This document shows positions 47,620 through 58,305 of a stretch of DNA of 64,000 nucleotides, in pieces; positions within the stretch are counted from its first letter, which is position 1; every line of letters begins with the position of its first letter. The stretch comes from an uncultured Actinomycetes bacterium (GTDB lineage: Bacteria > Actinomycetota > Thermoleophilia > UBA2241), in the NCBI GenBank assembly GCA_963725665.1, contig CAVRZA010000011.1, positions 64,001 through 128,000 of the forward strand, in the 5' to 3' direction. The translations under genes were made by a program, and so were the position numbers. Below the pieces are notes generated by a model that did no database searches, had not been told where the DNA came from, and was given only the letters and a program-made list of their open reading frames with translations.

Positions 47620-48443
47620 GATCTCCGACGAACGCCTCATAGACCACGCTCTCGGGCTCGAGGACGATCCCGAGCTGGAGCAGGAGCTGGCGCGCTCTGG
47701 GGAGCTGCGCGAGCGGCTGCAGCTCCTCGAGGCCGACCTGCGCCAGATCGACACCGAGCTGCACGGCGTGCTGCCGGCCGTCGAAGAAGGCTGGGCGGAC
47801 CTCTCGCATGAGCGGTGGCGCCGACTCCAGCCCTTCCTCGAGCCGCCGGCGGCACGGCGGAGCCGCTCGCTGCGTTCGCGGCTCCTCGTGCCGGCCCTCG
47901 CGCTGCTCGTCGTGGCCGCGCTGCTCGTGGGCGTCTTTAACCTGCGCGACGTCGGCACGCAGAGCAGCCGCACGTCGGCCGGACGACAGTGCCGCCGCCC
48001 CCGAGGCGGCGGGCATCCCCTCGGCGTTGCAGAAGGCGGTCGGCGGGCTGGCGACCGGCTACCACCAGGTGGTCGTCGCGCAGGCCGGCGCTGTGCAGGA
48101 CGGCCGCCAGCCCTACGAGGTCGTGCGCGTCCTCAAAGGGCCGGCGCTGACGAGCTTGACGGTCGACCTCGGGAGCGCCACGGGGGTACCCGAGGGGAGC
48201 CTGCAGGTGGTGTACCTCGATCCACTGAGCTCACCGCCCGCGAAGGCCCAAGACGGACAGGCGACCCTGGGCACTGGCGGGGCGACCGGCGCGACCCCAG
48301 CCCCTTCCGGCCAGAACGGGGACTTCGGCGCGGGCGGCCAGCCGACGGTCGCGAGCCCTCAGGCCGCGACCGTCGACGGCAAGCCCGCCCTCGTGCAGCC
48401 CCTGCCCTCGGGAGTCGATCCCAACACGTTGAGTCTGCCCTAG
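47612..48443 (+). pseudogene. Putative membrane-anchored anti-sigma factor, frameshifted near 47980
   Basis: Overlaps the sigma stop; N-terminal helix + TM, coding continues in the 47808-48443 frame. Confidence 0.6.
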
Positions 48444-48446
48444 CAG

Positions 48447-49082
48447 ATGACGTCGGCCGGCTACTTCAGCGACACAAAGCCAGTCCTCCTTGAGCTCGTC
48501 GATCCCGCCGGCATGCGTGTGCTCGATGCCGGCTGCGGCGCCGGCGGCAACGGCGCCCTGATGAAGGGCGCCGGCGCCGCCGAGGTAGTCGGCATCGAGC
48601 TGCACCCGACCGCTGCGCAGCGGGCACGCGCCGTCTGCGATCGCGTGCTCGAGGGCGACCTGGCCGATCTCGATCTCGAGGCGCTCGGCCCGGCGTCCTT
48701 CGACCTCGTCCTGGCCATCGACGTCCTCGAGCATCTCCCGGCGCCTCAGGAAGTCCTTCAGCGACTCGTCGGCCTCCTCAGACCCGGCGGCCTCCTCGTC
48801 GCCTGCATCCCCAACGTGGCTCACGTCTGGGTGTTTGCCAACCTCCTCGCGCAGACTTGGCCGCAGAAGGACAGCGGCATCTTCGACCGCACGCACCTGC
48901 GTTTCTTCGCTCGCCGCGACATGGTCGCCCTGCTAGAAGGCGCCGGCCTCGAGGTCACCGCCGTGCGCCCCTACTTCACGCGCTACCGCTCCCTGGAGCT
49001 CCTTTCACTGATCGCCTCCCTGTACGTGTTCCGCAGCTTCTGGGCGCGGCAGTTCCTCCTCGTCGGGCGCAAGCCGGCGTAG
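48447..49082 (+). CDS. Class I SAM-dependent methyltransferase
   Basis: VLDAGCGAG, DVLEHL..P, IPNV.H, GIFDRTHLRFF. Confidence 0.85.
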   Translation: MTSAGYFSDTKPVLLELVDPAGMRVLDAGCGAGGNGALMKGAGAAEVVGIELHPTAAQRARAVCDRVLEGDLADLDLEALGPASFDLVLAIDVLEHLPAPQEVLQRLVGLLRPGGLLVACIPNVAHVWVFANLLAQTWPQKDSGIFDRTHLRFFARRDMVALLEGAGLEVTAVRPYFTRYRSLELLSLIASLYVFRSFWARQFLLVGRKPA

Positions 49083-49257
49083 GTCTCACCGGGCCGCGAG
49101 ACCACGCCGCTCAGGCGAAGCCGGATCGGCGCCGGACCCAGCCGACGTCGGCGCCGGACCGCGGTCCGTCTTCGACGCAGCGGGGTATACTACCGCCGCC
49201 GTACCTCCCGGCGCGGCAGTCATCGCCCGACCGTCAGGTCGCGAAGGGGGTCACCGA

Positions 49258-50022
49258 GTGGGACTGCTCGACGGGCGCAATGTGCTGATCATGGGCGTCG
49301 CGAACCAGCGCAGCATCGCCTGGGCGGTGGCCAAGGCGGTCCACCGAGAAGGCGGCAGGGTGGCGCTCACCTATCAGGCTGAGCGGCTCAAGCGCCGCCT
49401 TGCGGAGCTGGCGCAGGAGCTCGCCGACGTCCCCCTCATCGAATGCGACGTGCGCGCGGACAAGGCGATCCGCAGGGCGGTCGAGGAGCTGGCTGAAGCG
49501 ATGCCTGTGCTCGACGGCATCGTGCACAGCGTCGCCTACGCGCCCGCCGAAGACCTGCAGGGCAACTTCGTGGAGACGACTCGTCTGGGATTCGCCCAGG
49601 CCAACGACATCAGCGCCTACAGTCTCATCGCCGTGGCTCGCGAGGCGCACCGGCTTATGAGCCGCGGCGGTTCCGTCGTGACGATGACCTACCAGGGCTC
49701 CCGGCGGGTGATCCCCAACTACAACGTGATGGGACCGGCCAAGGCCTCGCTCGAGGCGAGCGTGCGCTACCTGGCCGCCGACCTGGGGCGGGTGGGCATC
49801 CGCGTGAACGCCGTCTCGGCGGGCCCGATCCACACCGTGGCGGCACGCAGCATCAAGGACTTCGGCACGATGCTCGACATGATGGAGAAGCACACGCCCT
49901 TGCGCCGCAACGTGACCGCCGACGAGGTCGCCGACGCCGCTGTCTTCCTGCTCAGCGACCTCTCACGCGCCGTGACCGGCGAGATCCTGCACGTCGACGC
50001 CGGGGCGCACGCGGTCACGTAG
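49258..50022 (+). CDS. fabI: Enoyl-ACP reductase
   Basis: GVANQRSIAW, DISAYSL, YNVMG.AKA.LE, SAGPI.T. Confidence 0.92.
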   Translation: MGLLDGRNVLIMGVANQRSIAWAVAKAVHREGGRVALTYQAERLKRRLAELAQELADVPLIECDVRADKAIRRAVEELAEAMPVLDGIVHSVAYAPAEDLQGNFVETTRLGFAQANDISAYSLIAVAREAHRLMSRGGSVVTMTYQGSRRVIPNYNVMGPAKASLEASVRYLAADLGRVGIRVNAVSAGPIHTVAARSIKDFGTMLDMMEKHTPLRRNVTADEVADAAVFLLSDLSRAVTGEILHVDAGAHAVT

Positions 50023-50104
50023 TCCGGTCGCTCGCCCTCCCGCGCCCGACGCAGCGCCGAGTGCGCCGAAGTGGTGCGACGCCGGCGCGTCGCAGTGTGC
50101 GCGC

Positions 50105-50449
50105 CTACTGCTGCACTGGCGGCGCCGGGGCGTCCCCGGGCGAACCCTCCCCGGGCGCCGCCGGAGCCTGCTCCGCTCGAGCAGCCGCCTGCTCCTCTTC
50201 GTAGATCTCCTGCGACTCGCGGATCATGCGGCGCATGCGCGGCGTAGCCTCATTGAGCCGCAGCGCCCACCACTCGTCGAGGGGCACCGACTTGAGCTCC
50301 TTGTACTTGAAGTAGAGGAGCACGACGATCACCGCCAGAACGATCTCAACGACAATCAGCGCGATGAGGCGCGTGCCCAGCGGCGGCGAGAGCGGTATCT
50401 GGCCGACGAGCGCCCACACAAGGGCGACGGACACGGCGAAGCCGCTCAT
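50105..50449 (-). CDS. Small membrane protein, last gene of the Rieske/cyt b operon
   Basis: TGATG overlap with the cyt c stop; hydrophobic helices + charged tail. Confidence 0.65.
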   Translation of the reverse strand: MSGFAVSVALVWALVGQIPLSPPLGTRLIALIVVEIVLAVIVVLLYFKYKELKSVPLDEWWALRLNEATPRMRRMIRESQEIYEEEQAAARAEQAPAAPGEGSPGDAPAPPVQQ

Positions 50450-51342
50450 CACGGGCTCCCCGAGGTCTCGGGCGACGGCGACGCGCCGGAGCTCGACGAC
50501 GAGCCGCCGACGAGCGGCAGGGTCGGCGCCGCCGGTGGCGCCGGCAGCTTCGCACCCTTGGGCCCGTCCTGGATGTAGGGCAGGATCCGCTTGACCTGCT
50601 GCGTGGAGAGGATCTGCCCCCAGGCCGGCATGAGCAGCTCGCCCTTGGCGCCGGGCTCCGTCACCGACCCGTTCATGATGAAGTCCACGAACTCCGCCAG
50701 CGTCGCGGTGTCGTCGGGGTTGCGCAAGAAGGGAACCTCCTTGTCGGCGCTGGCCGGGTTGGGCGCCGGGGGTGGGGTGGCGTTCGGCCCCACCTGACCG
50801 TGGCACCAGATGCAGGCGTAGGCGACGTAGATGTCCGATGCCTTCGCCACGTTCTGATCGACCTCGACACCGGTGTGCGGGAAGCCGGCCAGGATGTAGG
50901 CCGCGATGGCGTTCATCTGCGCGTCGTTGATGACTCCCTTCCACGACGGCATGTTGATGACGCCGGGCTTCTTCGAGACGACGCCGCCTTCCTGCAGCAC
51001 AGTCGTGATCTGCGCCGCGTTGGTGAACTTCTCATCCGCCTCGCGGTAGACGTTGTTGAGCGGCGGGATGGTGTCGTCGCCGCCCTTGTTCAGCCGGTTG
51101 GGGATACCGCCGACGCCATCGGGCGCGTGGCAGCGCACGCAGGCGAAGTCGATGTAGAGCTGGGCGCCGTCCTTGACCTGCTGGCTCACGGCGACAGTCC
51201 CTCCACCCGAGGCGCCGGGCGTCGGGCTCCCGCTGCCCGGCGCCTCGGGCGTAGCGAGGCTGGCGCAGCCGGCCACTCCCAGGGCGGCGACGGCGAGCGC
51301 GGCGACGAGCACGACTGCTCCCAGCAGCGACGGCGGTCTCAT
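50449..51342 (-). CDS. Diheme c-type cytochrome lipoprotein
   Basis: Lipobox VAGC; CVRCH..MPSW and CIWCH..MPAW; AAGGAGG SD. Confidence 0.88.
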   Translation of the reverse strand: MRPPSLLGAVVLVAALAVAALGVAGCASLATPEAPGSGSPTPGASGGGTVAVSQQVKDGAQLYIDFACVRCHAPDGVGGIPNRLNKGGDDTIPPLNNVYREADEKFTNAAQITTVLQEGGVVSKKPGVINMPSWKGVINDAQMNAIAAYILAGFPHTGVEVDQNVAKASDIYVAYACIWCHGQVGPNATPPPAPNPASADKEVPFLRNPDDTATLAEFVDFIMNGSVTEPGAKGELLMPAWGQILSTQQVKRILPYIQDGPKGAKLPAPPAAPTLPLVGGSSSSSGASPSPETSGSP

Positions 51343-51365
51343 GCGGGTCCTCCTTGTCTCGCCGC

Positions 51366-51815
51366 TCATGACGCCACCCACCCCCAGATCGTGAGCGCCA
51401 CCGTGGCGATGATCAGCACCAGGGCGATCGTGGTCGTGACCGGCTTGTGCAGGGGATTGCGCTCCCGGCTGCGGTCGACGAACGGCAACAGGATCATGGC
51501 GATCACGATCACCGCCGGCACGATGATGCCGACCTCTTCGGGCACGACTCTCAGGACTTGATAGAGGCTCAGGTAGTACCACTCGGGCTTTGTACTGGCC
51601 GGTGTCTCGAGGGGATTGGCAGGCGAGCCGAGCGCACTGGGCCATAGCAGCGCAAGGCCGCCCATGATGCCCAGGAAGAGAAACAGGATCATCACCTGCG
51701 AGGTGAACTCCTGCCAGAAGTACGGGATGAACTTCTCTCCCGGCTCGTGCTCGCGCTCCCAGTAGTAGCGGGAAGTGTGCTGCTGGCGGGGGCGACCGAC
51801 GATATCGGGCATCAC
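51366..51815 (-). CDS. petD: Cytochrome b6-type subunit IV (PetD-like)
   Basis: PANP..TP...KPEWY.L..YQ.LR, LPF.DR. Confidence 0.88.
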   Translation of the reverse strand: MMPDIVGRPRQQHTSRYYWEREHEPGEKFIPYFWQEFTSQVMILFLFLGIMGGLALLWPSALGSPANPLETPASTKPEWYYLSLYQVLRVVPEEVGIIVPAVIVIAMILLPFVDRSRERNPLHKPVTTTIALVLIIATVALTIWGWVAS

Positions 51816-52474
51816 AGCCTCCCCGAGATGCCGTGCCGGCGGATCATCCAGAAGTGCGCCCCGAGGAAGACGGCGATGAGGACCGGCAAGGCGAGCACGT
51901 GTAGCGTGTAGAAGCGGCCCAGGGTGGCGCCGCTGATGGTCTCACCGCCGCGCAGGGTGACAAGCAGGAAGTGCCCGATCAGCGGTGTCGAGCCGGCGAT
52001 GTCGGTGCCGACCCGCGTCGCCCAGTAGGAGCGTTGGTCCCAGGGCAGAAGGTATCCGGTGAAGCCGAAGCTCAGCGTGACGAGCAGCAGCACGACGCCG
52101 GCCACCCAGTTGAGCTCGCGGGGCCGCTTGTACGCCCCCGTGAAAAAGACTCGGAGCATGTGCACAAAGACGAGCAGCACCATGCCGCTGGCGGCCCACT
52201 TGTGGATCGACCGTATCCACCAGCCGAACTGCACCGTGGTGGAGATGTCGACCACGCTCTGGTAGGCGCCCGCCGGGGTCGGCTGGTAGTAAACGGCCAG
52301 CAGGATACCGGTCACGAGCAGGATCAGGAACAGGATGAAGGCGATCCCGCCGAAGCAGTAGATGTAGTTGGTAGCGTGGATGGGGACGATGCGGTTGTAC
52401 TGGTCCTCCATCAACTCCTCAGTGCCGACGCGGTTGTTCACCCAGTCGACGACCGATGACGCTCTACTAGCCAT
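51812..52474 (-). CDS. petB: Cytochrome b6-type N-terminal cytochrome b
   Basis: YCFGG, IRSIHKW, VHMLR, PRELNW, GFTGYLLPWDQ, LH..., AHF. Confidence 0.9.
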   Translation of the reverse strand: MASRASSVVDWVNNRVGTEELMEDQYNRIVPIHATNYIYCFGGIAFILFLILLVTGILLAVYYQPTPAGAYQSVVDISTTVQFGWWIRSIHKWAASGMVLLVFVHMLRVFFTGAYKRPRELNWVAGVVLLLVTLSFGFTGYLLPWDQRSYWATRVGTDIAGSTPLIGHFLLVTLRGGETISGATLGRFYTLHVLALPVLIAVFLGAHFWMIRRHGISGRL

Positions 52475-52532
52475 CCTCACCTCCTCCTAGTGGGGATCGT
52501 GGAGCAACGGCGTGGCGCGGAGGACAGGCCGA

Positions 52533-52997
52533 TCACAGGAACTGCCCCTTGTACCAGGCTGGGTAGGCTGCTTTCGTGAGGTCGACCCGCCCGACGATCA
52601 CCGACCCACCCTGCACGTTCGCCGGGTAGGGCGGCAGGGGGAGCGTCGCCGGCCCGTGCAGCACGGCGCCGGTGTCGGAGAAGACGCTCCCGTGGCAGGG
52701 GCAGTCGAGCTTCTGGCCGGTAGGGTGCACGACACAGCCCAGGTGCGGGCAGATGGCCGAATGGACAGCGACGGTGCCTCCCTGGTTGATCACCCACACC
52801 GGCCTGCCTTCGGCCTCGGCCATCGTGATCTGGCCCGCCGGGAACTGCGAGAGCGGGCCGATGTCCACCGCTTGTCCGATGGCCGCCGACACGGCCGGGG
52901 GCGGCTTGAGGAAGCGGATGATGGGATAGATGATGCCTCCCACCGCCACGGCTCCGACGATGCCGATCGCCCATGAGAGGAAGTTGCGTCTCGTCAC
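52533..52997 (-). CDS. petC: Rieske iron-sulfur subunit
   Basis: Tat motif TRRNFL, CPHLGC, CPCHGS; GGGGAGG SD. Confidence 0.92.
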   Translation of the reverse strand: MTRRNFLSWAIGIVGAVAVGGIIYPIIRFLKPPPAVSAAIGQAVDIGPLSQFPAGQITMAEAEGRPVWVINQGGTVAVHSAICPHLGCVVHPTGQKLDCPCHGSVFSDTGAVLHGPATLPLPPYPANVQGGSVIVGRVDLTKAAYPAWYKGQFL

Positions 52998-53182
52998 CCA
53001 GTACCTCCCCCTGCTCACGTCCCGAGCTCCGCGCGCAACTCCGCGCACCACTCGGTTTCGCGCATTACGATGGTGAAAAGGGGTGAGTGTCAACTGTTGC
53101 GGGTTTCGAGCGCGCCGTGGGGCGGCGAGACGCGAGTCTCGCCGCCCCGCGGCGCGCTGCAGCCCGGTGCTATCATCGCCGC

Positions 53183-53909
53183 GTGCTCGGGTACTACGCG
53201 AAGAACCTTGTGTCTGGCCTCACGCTGGCGGCGAACGAGCGCGTCGTCGTGCCCTCCTGGAGCACCATCAAGGTCCTGCTGGCCCTCGCCTTCTGGCGCG
53301 CGGTCGAAGAGGAGCGGCTCAGCGCCGGCTACCCCTACGCGTTCCAGCCCTGGCAGAGCGTCCGGCGGCAGCGGCGTCCTGCGTGGCTTCAGGCACGCGG
53401 CACGCATCACGCTCGCCGACCTCGCCCACCTTTCGCTGGTCGTGAGCGACAACGACGCCGCGAACATCCTGCTGGCCTTCGTCGGCCTCGAGCCGGTCAA
53501 CGACCTCGCCGCCGAGCTTGGGCTCCAGGACACGGCCGTGCGGCGGCGGATGATGGACGCGGCGGCCCGGGCGGAGGGACGCGACAACGTGACCAGTGCC
53601 CGCGACCTCGGCCTGCTGTTCGAGGAGCTCGAGCGTGGATCGGTCCTCAGCGAGCGCGTGCGGGCGCAGGTGAAGGCGTCACTCGCGGCGCAGGAGCACC
53701 GTGACGGCATCGCGCGCTACCTGCCTGCGGAGGCGACGTACCTGGGGAAGGTCGGCGACGACGCGCCGGAGGGACGCTGCGCGCACGACGCCGCGCTCGT
53801 TCTGACTCCCGAAGCGCGGCTGGTGATCGTCGTCATGGGCGACGGCATCGGCGGGTACGAGCCGGTCTCGCGGCTAGGTTCGACCTTGTACGGGGCGCTG
53901 CTGACCTGA
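53183..53909 (+). pseudogene. Class-A beta-lactamase-like serine hydrolase, frameshifted at ~53362
   Basis: STIK (SxxK) in one frame; GGSG, SDN and KVG in the next; a single extra C explains the break. Confidence 0.75.
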
Positions 53910-53930
53910 CTTGCGGCCTGACCCGGCCTC

Positions 53931-54950
53931 TCACAAGACCGCCGGCTCGACCCCGAGCCCCGGCGCCTCAGAGGCGCGCAGCACGTCGGCGTCGACCTCG
54001 ATGCCCTTGAACGGGTCGCGGGCCAGCAACAGCGCGCCGTCGAGGTCGACGTAGTCGGCGAGACCGGCGAGCTGCAGGCCGGCGGCGACGCCGAGGCTCG
54101 ACGAGACCATGCAGCCGAGGAGCACCTGGAGCCCGCGACCCCGCAGGGCCGAGATCAGGCCGAACGCCGAGGCGATGCCGCCGGCTTTGTCGAGCTTCAC
54201 CACGCCGCCGTCGTAAAGCTCGTAGATCTCATCGAGCTGCTCGAGGCCGAGCAGCGCTTCATCGGCGAAGATCGGTACTGAGGAACGGTCTCGCAGCCAG
54301 TCCTGGCCCTCGACGTCGGTGACTGGCAGCGGCTGCTCGACGAGCTCCGCGCCGAGGGCGGCCAGGGCCTCGAGAGTCCTGGCCGCCCGCTCGCGGTCCC
54401 AGCCCTCGTTGACGTCGTAGCGGAAGCGCTTCTCGGGGAGCGCTTCGGCCAGCCGTCGCGCCAGCTCGAAGTCGCCGTCAAAGCCCAACTTCACCTTGAG
54501 GACCTCGAACGGCATCGCCGCGCGCGCGTGAGCGATCATCGCTGCGGGCTCGTCGATGGCGATCGTGTACGACGTCGGCGCCTCGGGACGCTGCAGGCCG
54601 AGCAGCTCCCACACAGGCCGGCCGGCCTGCTTGCCCGCCAGGTCCCAGGCGGCGGCGGAGAGGGCGGCGCGCAGCGCCGGCAGCGCCGCCGCCTGCTCGG
54701 CGGCGAAGTCCTCGACGGCCGCGGGACCCTGCAGGCGCGCGACGACGCCGCCCACCTCTTTGAGGCGGGCGGCGTCGTCGCGCCGCGTCTCGCCGTAGCG
54801 CAGGTTCGGCGCGCCCTCGCCGCGACCCACGTTCCCCAGGTCGTCGAGAAGCTCTAGATAGAAGTTGCGGAAGAGCGTGTTCGTCCAGCGCGAGATGCCG
54901 AAGGGGGCGGCGGTCTCGAGATCGAGCAGCTTGTAGCGCAGCTTCGCCAA
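53931..54950 (-). CDS. Dipeptide epimerase (L-Ala-D/L-Glu epimerase, enolase superfamily)
   Basis: KVKLG, D.NEGW, EQP, DE, KL.K.GG, GCM.SS, DLDG. Confidence 0.85.
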   Translation of the reverse strand: MAKLRYKLLDLETAAPFGISRWTNTLFRNFYLELLDDLGNVGRGEGAPNLRYGETRRDDAARLKEVGGVVARLQGPAAVEDFAAEQAAALPALRAALSAAAWDLAGKQAGRPVWELLGLQRPEAPTSYTIAIDEPAAMIAHARAAMPFEVLKVKLGFDGDFELARRLAEALPEKRFRYDVNEGWDRERAARTLEALAALGAELVEQPLPVTDVEGQDWLRDRSSVPIFADEALLGLEQLDEIYELYDGGVVKLDKAGGIASAFGLISALRGRGLQVLLGCMVSSSLGVAAGLQLAGLADYVDLDGALLLARDPFKGIEVDADVLRASEAPGLGVEPAVL

Positions 54951-55102
54951 GTCACCTCGGGGTTCGGGCAGAGCAGCGGACGCCTTCCCAATCCGCCCAG
55001 CGGTTTCGCGCATCCTAGCAGGCAGTACGCACTACACTTGCCATGCCGATGAGCGTATGTCTTATATACAGCGTCAACCATCCCAGAGCCTTGGGGGGAA
55101 GC

Positions 55103-56137
55103 ACGGCACAGCTCCTCACCGTCACCGACCTCTCGGTCGAGTTCGCCAGCCAGGAGGGGACCGTCCACGCGGTCGACCACGTGAGCTTCGCCTTGGACCA
55201 GGGCGAGCTCGTCGGTCTCGTGGGCGAGTCGGGCTGCGGCAAGAGCATCACCGCCCTCTCGATCCTCGGCCTCGTACGCATGATGAAGAACTCCACCACG
55301 ACCGGGGTGATCGACTTCGAGGGCAAGGACCTTGTCTCCCTCCCCGAGAGCGAGGTGCGCAAGGTGCGCGGCCGCGACATCTCGATGATCTTCCAGGACC
55401 CGGTGACGAGCCTCAACCCGGTGCTCTCCATCGAGCGCCAGATGACGGAGGGCATCGAGACCCACCTCGGCGTGAGCCACGGCGAGGCCGTCAAACGCTC
55501 GATCGAGATGCTCAAGCTGGTGGGCATTCCCAAGGCCGAGGAACGCATCCGCGACTACCCGCACCAGTTCTCGGGCGGCATGCGCCAGCGGGTGATGATC
55601 GCCATCGCCCTCTCCTGCAACCCCAAGCTCCTGCTCGCCGACGAGCCCACAACGGCCCTCGACGTGACCATCCAGGCGCAGATTCTCAGGCTGATGAAGC
55701 GCCTCTCGCGCGAGTACAACGCCGCCATCATCGTGATCACGCACGATCTCGGCGTCGTCGCCGGCATGTGCAAACGCATCCTGGTGATGTATGCGGGGCG
55801 CATCGTCGAAGAAGGTCCGGCCAAGCCGCTCTTCCATCACCCCTTCCACCCCTACACCGTGGGCCTCTTGCGCTCCGTGCCGCGACTCGACGAACCGCGC
55901 AGCGTGAAGCTGCAGTCGATCGAGGGCCTGCCGCCCGACCTCGCCCACCTGCCGCCCGGCTGCGCCTTCGCGCCGCGCTGCAGCTTCGCAACACGCGAGT
56001 GCTGGCAGGACGTGCCCGAGCTCTTCCCCGCCATGAACGACCGCCGCTCGGCCTGCTTCCACTTCGAGAAGCTCATGCAAGCCGAGCCCGCGCGTCGGGG
56101 CGCAGCTCTGGCGGCGGGAGAGGCGGAGACGGCGTGA
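55103..56137 (+). CDS. oppD: Peptide ABC transporter ATPase (OppD/DppD)
   Basis: [36 protein letters not shown]; start uncertain (55043/55091/ACG 55103). Confidence 0.9.
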   Translation, partial: TAQLLTVTDLSVEFASQEGTVHAVDHVSFALDQGELVGLVGESGCGKSITALSILGLVRMMKNSTTTGVIDFEGKDLVSLPESEVRKVRGRDISMIFQDPVTSLNPVLSIERQMTEGIETHLGVSHGEAVKRSIEMLKLVGIPKAEERIRDYPHQFSGGMRQRVMIAIALSCNPKLLLADEPTTALDVTIQAQILRLMKRLSREYNAAIIVITHDLGVVAGMCKRILVMYAGRIVEEGPAKPLFHHPFHPYTVGLLRSVPRLDEPRSVKLQSIEGLPPDLAHLPPGCAFAPRCSFATRECWQDVPELFPAMNDRRSACFHFEKLMQAEPARRGAALAAGEAETA

Positions 56138-57252
56138 GCGCGATGCAGAGCCCCACCGCCACGCCGGCGAGCGCGCCGGCCGGCAACGGCGACCTGGTCA
56201 CCGTCAAGGACCTGAAGGTCCACTTCCCCATCACCAGCGGCATCGTCTTCCAGCGCAAGGTGGGTGCCGTGCACGCGGTCGACGGCATCAGCCTGACCAT
56301 CAAGACGGGCGAGACGCTGGGCCTCGTTGGTGAGTCGGGCTGCGGCAAGTCGACCACCGGCAGGGCCATCCTGCGGCTCGAGCCGCTGACGGGCGGCCAC
56401 GTGCTCTACGAGGGCGCCGACCTGGCCGTGCTGCGCGGCGGCGCGCTGCGTCGCCAGCGCCGCCGCATGCAGATGATCTTCCAGGATCCCTACGCCTCGT
56501 TGAACTCGCGCATGACGGTGGGCGACATCGTCAGCGAGCCGCTGCTCGTGCACAAGCTCTGCCCACGCGGCGAGCGCGAGAAGCGCACCCGCGAGCTCCT
56601 CGAGCTGGTGGGCATCAACCCCAACACCTTAAACCGCTATCCGCACGAGTTCTCCGGCGGCCAGCGGCAACGCATCGGCATCGCCCGCGCCCTCGCCGTG
56701 GAGCCCAACTTCATCGTCTGCGACGAGCCCATCAGCGCCCTCGACGTCTCCATCCGAGCGCAGATCATCAACCTGCTGCAGCGTCTCCAGGGGGAGTTCG
56801 GGCTGACCTACCTGTTCATCGCCCACGATCTCTCCGTCGTGCGCCACATCTCCGACCGCGTGGCCGTCATGTACCTGGGACGCATCGTCGAGCTGGCCGA
56901 GAACTCGGTGCTCTACGAGACGCCCATGCACCCCTACACGCAGGCGCTCCTGAGCGCGGTGCCCATCCCCGACCCGGCGGCGGAGGAGATGCGCCGGCCA
57001 GTCGTGCTCAAGGGCGACGTGCCCAGCCCCGTGGACCCGCCCAAGGGCTGCCACTTCCACACCCGCTGCCCCGCCGTGCAGGAGGGGCTCTGCGACACCG
57101 AAGACCCGCCGCTCGTCGAGGTGCGGCCCGATCACTGGGCCGCCTGTCACCTGATCACCCCCGGCTACTTCCCTAACATCCGCACGGCCGAGAACATCGA
57201 ACCCGAGTTCGCCGGGCCGCCGACCGAGAACACCGAGGGAGGTGACGTCTGA
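56134..57252 (+). CDS. oppF: Peptide ABC transporter ATPase (OppF/DppF)
   Basis: [37 protein letters not shown]. Confidence 0.92.
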   Translation: MSAMQSPTATPASAPAGNGDLVTVKDLKVHFPITSGIVFQRKVGAVHAVDGISLTIKTGETLGLVGESGCGKSTTGRAILRLEPLTGGHVLYEGADLAVLRGGALRRQRRRMQMIFQDPYASLNSRMTVGDIVSEPLLVHKLCPRGEREKRTRELLELVGINPNTLNRYPHEFSGGQRQRIGIARALAVEPNFIVCDEPISALDVSIRAQIINLLQRLQGEFGLTYLFIAHDLSVVRHISDRVAVMYLGRIVELAENSVLYETPMHPYTQALLSAVPIPDPAAEEMRRPVVLKGDVPSPVDPPKGCHFHTRCPAVQEGLCDTEDPPLVEVRPDHWAACHLITPGYFPNIRTAENIEPEFAGPPTENTEGGDV

Positions 57253-58289
57253 TGGCGGACGAGCTCTACGTCGACCCCAGCGAGGCTCGGGCGGCGGCGG
57301 CCGACTACGTCGTTGAAGACGTCCGCCCCCCCGCCGAGCTCGAGGACCTGGCCCAAGGCTGGTCGCCCGACGCGGCCATCATCGAACACCGCGGGACCTG
57401 GGAAGAGGTCTGGATCCGCTTCCGCCAGGACAAGTTCGCCGTCGCCGGCCTCGTGGTGATCGGCATCCTTGTGTTCGTCGCCATAACGGCGCCCTGGATC
57501 GCCCCGCACAACCCCACGACTCAGTACGACGAGGGCCTCACCATGAAAGGCATGCCGGTGGGCTCGTCGGCCAAGTTCTGGCTGGGCACCGACACACTCG
57601 GCCGCGACCTGCTCAGTCGCCTCATGTACGGCGCCCGCGTGTCGCTCGTCATCGGCATCATGGCCAACGGGCTCGCCCTCATCCTCGGCGTCATCTTCGG
57701 GCTGACGGCCGGCTTCTTCCGCGGCGCGACGGAGACGGCGATCATGCGCGCCACCGACGTGATGATGGCCTTCCCCATCTACCTGTTGGCGGTGGCGCTC
57801 GTCTCGGTCCTGAAACCGAGTCTCTGGATCCTCATCTTCGTCATCGGCTTCGTCTACTGGACGCCGATGACGCGCGTCATCCACGGCGAGGTCCTGTCCA
57901 TCAGGGAGAAGGAGTTCGTGGCGGCGGCGCGCCTGACCGGGTGCACCAACGTGCGCATCCTCTACCGTCACATCCTGCCGCACCTCGTGGCGCCGATCAT
58001 CGTCTACACGAGCCTCGGCATCGCGACGACGGTGCTCTTCGAGGCGACACTGAGCTACATCGGGCTCGGCGTGCAGCCGCCCACGCCGTCGTGGGGACAG
58101 ATGATCTCCGACGGCCAGAACTACTACCTCTCGGCACCCCACCTGGTCATCTATCCGGGTCTCTGCATCATGATCACCGTGCTCGCGTTCAACCTCGTGG
58201 GCGACGGGCTCCGGGACGCCTTCGACCCGCAGCAGAGGCGACAGGTAGGCGCGGCATGGCGGGGTGCACGTCGAGATGGGGTCACATGA
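57252..58289 (+). CDS. oppC: Peptide ABC transporter permease (OppC/DppC)
   Basis: LGTD.LGRD..SR..YGAR.SL, HILP, LS..GLG..PP.PSWG. Confidence 0.92.
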   Translation: MADELYVDPSEARAAAADYVVEDVRPPAELEDLAQGWSPDAAIIEHRGTWEEVWIRFRQDKFAVAGLVVIGILVFVAITAPWIAPHNPTTQYDEGLTMKGMPVGSSAKFWLGTDTLGRDLLSRLMYGARVSLVIGIMANGLALILGVIFGLTAGFFRGATETAIMRATDVMMAFPIYLLAVALVSVLKPSLWILIFVIGFVYWTPMTRVIHGEVLSIREKEFVAAARLTGCTNVRILYRHILPHLVAPIIVYTSLGIATTVLFEATLSYIGLGVQPPTPSWGQMISDGQNYYLSAPHLVIYPGLCIMITVLAFNLVGDGLRDAFDPQQRRQVGAAWRGARRDGVT

Positions 58290-58305
58290 AAAGGGGAGGG
58301 ACTCG

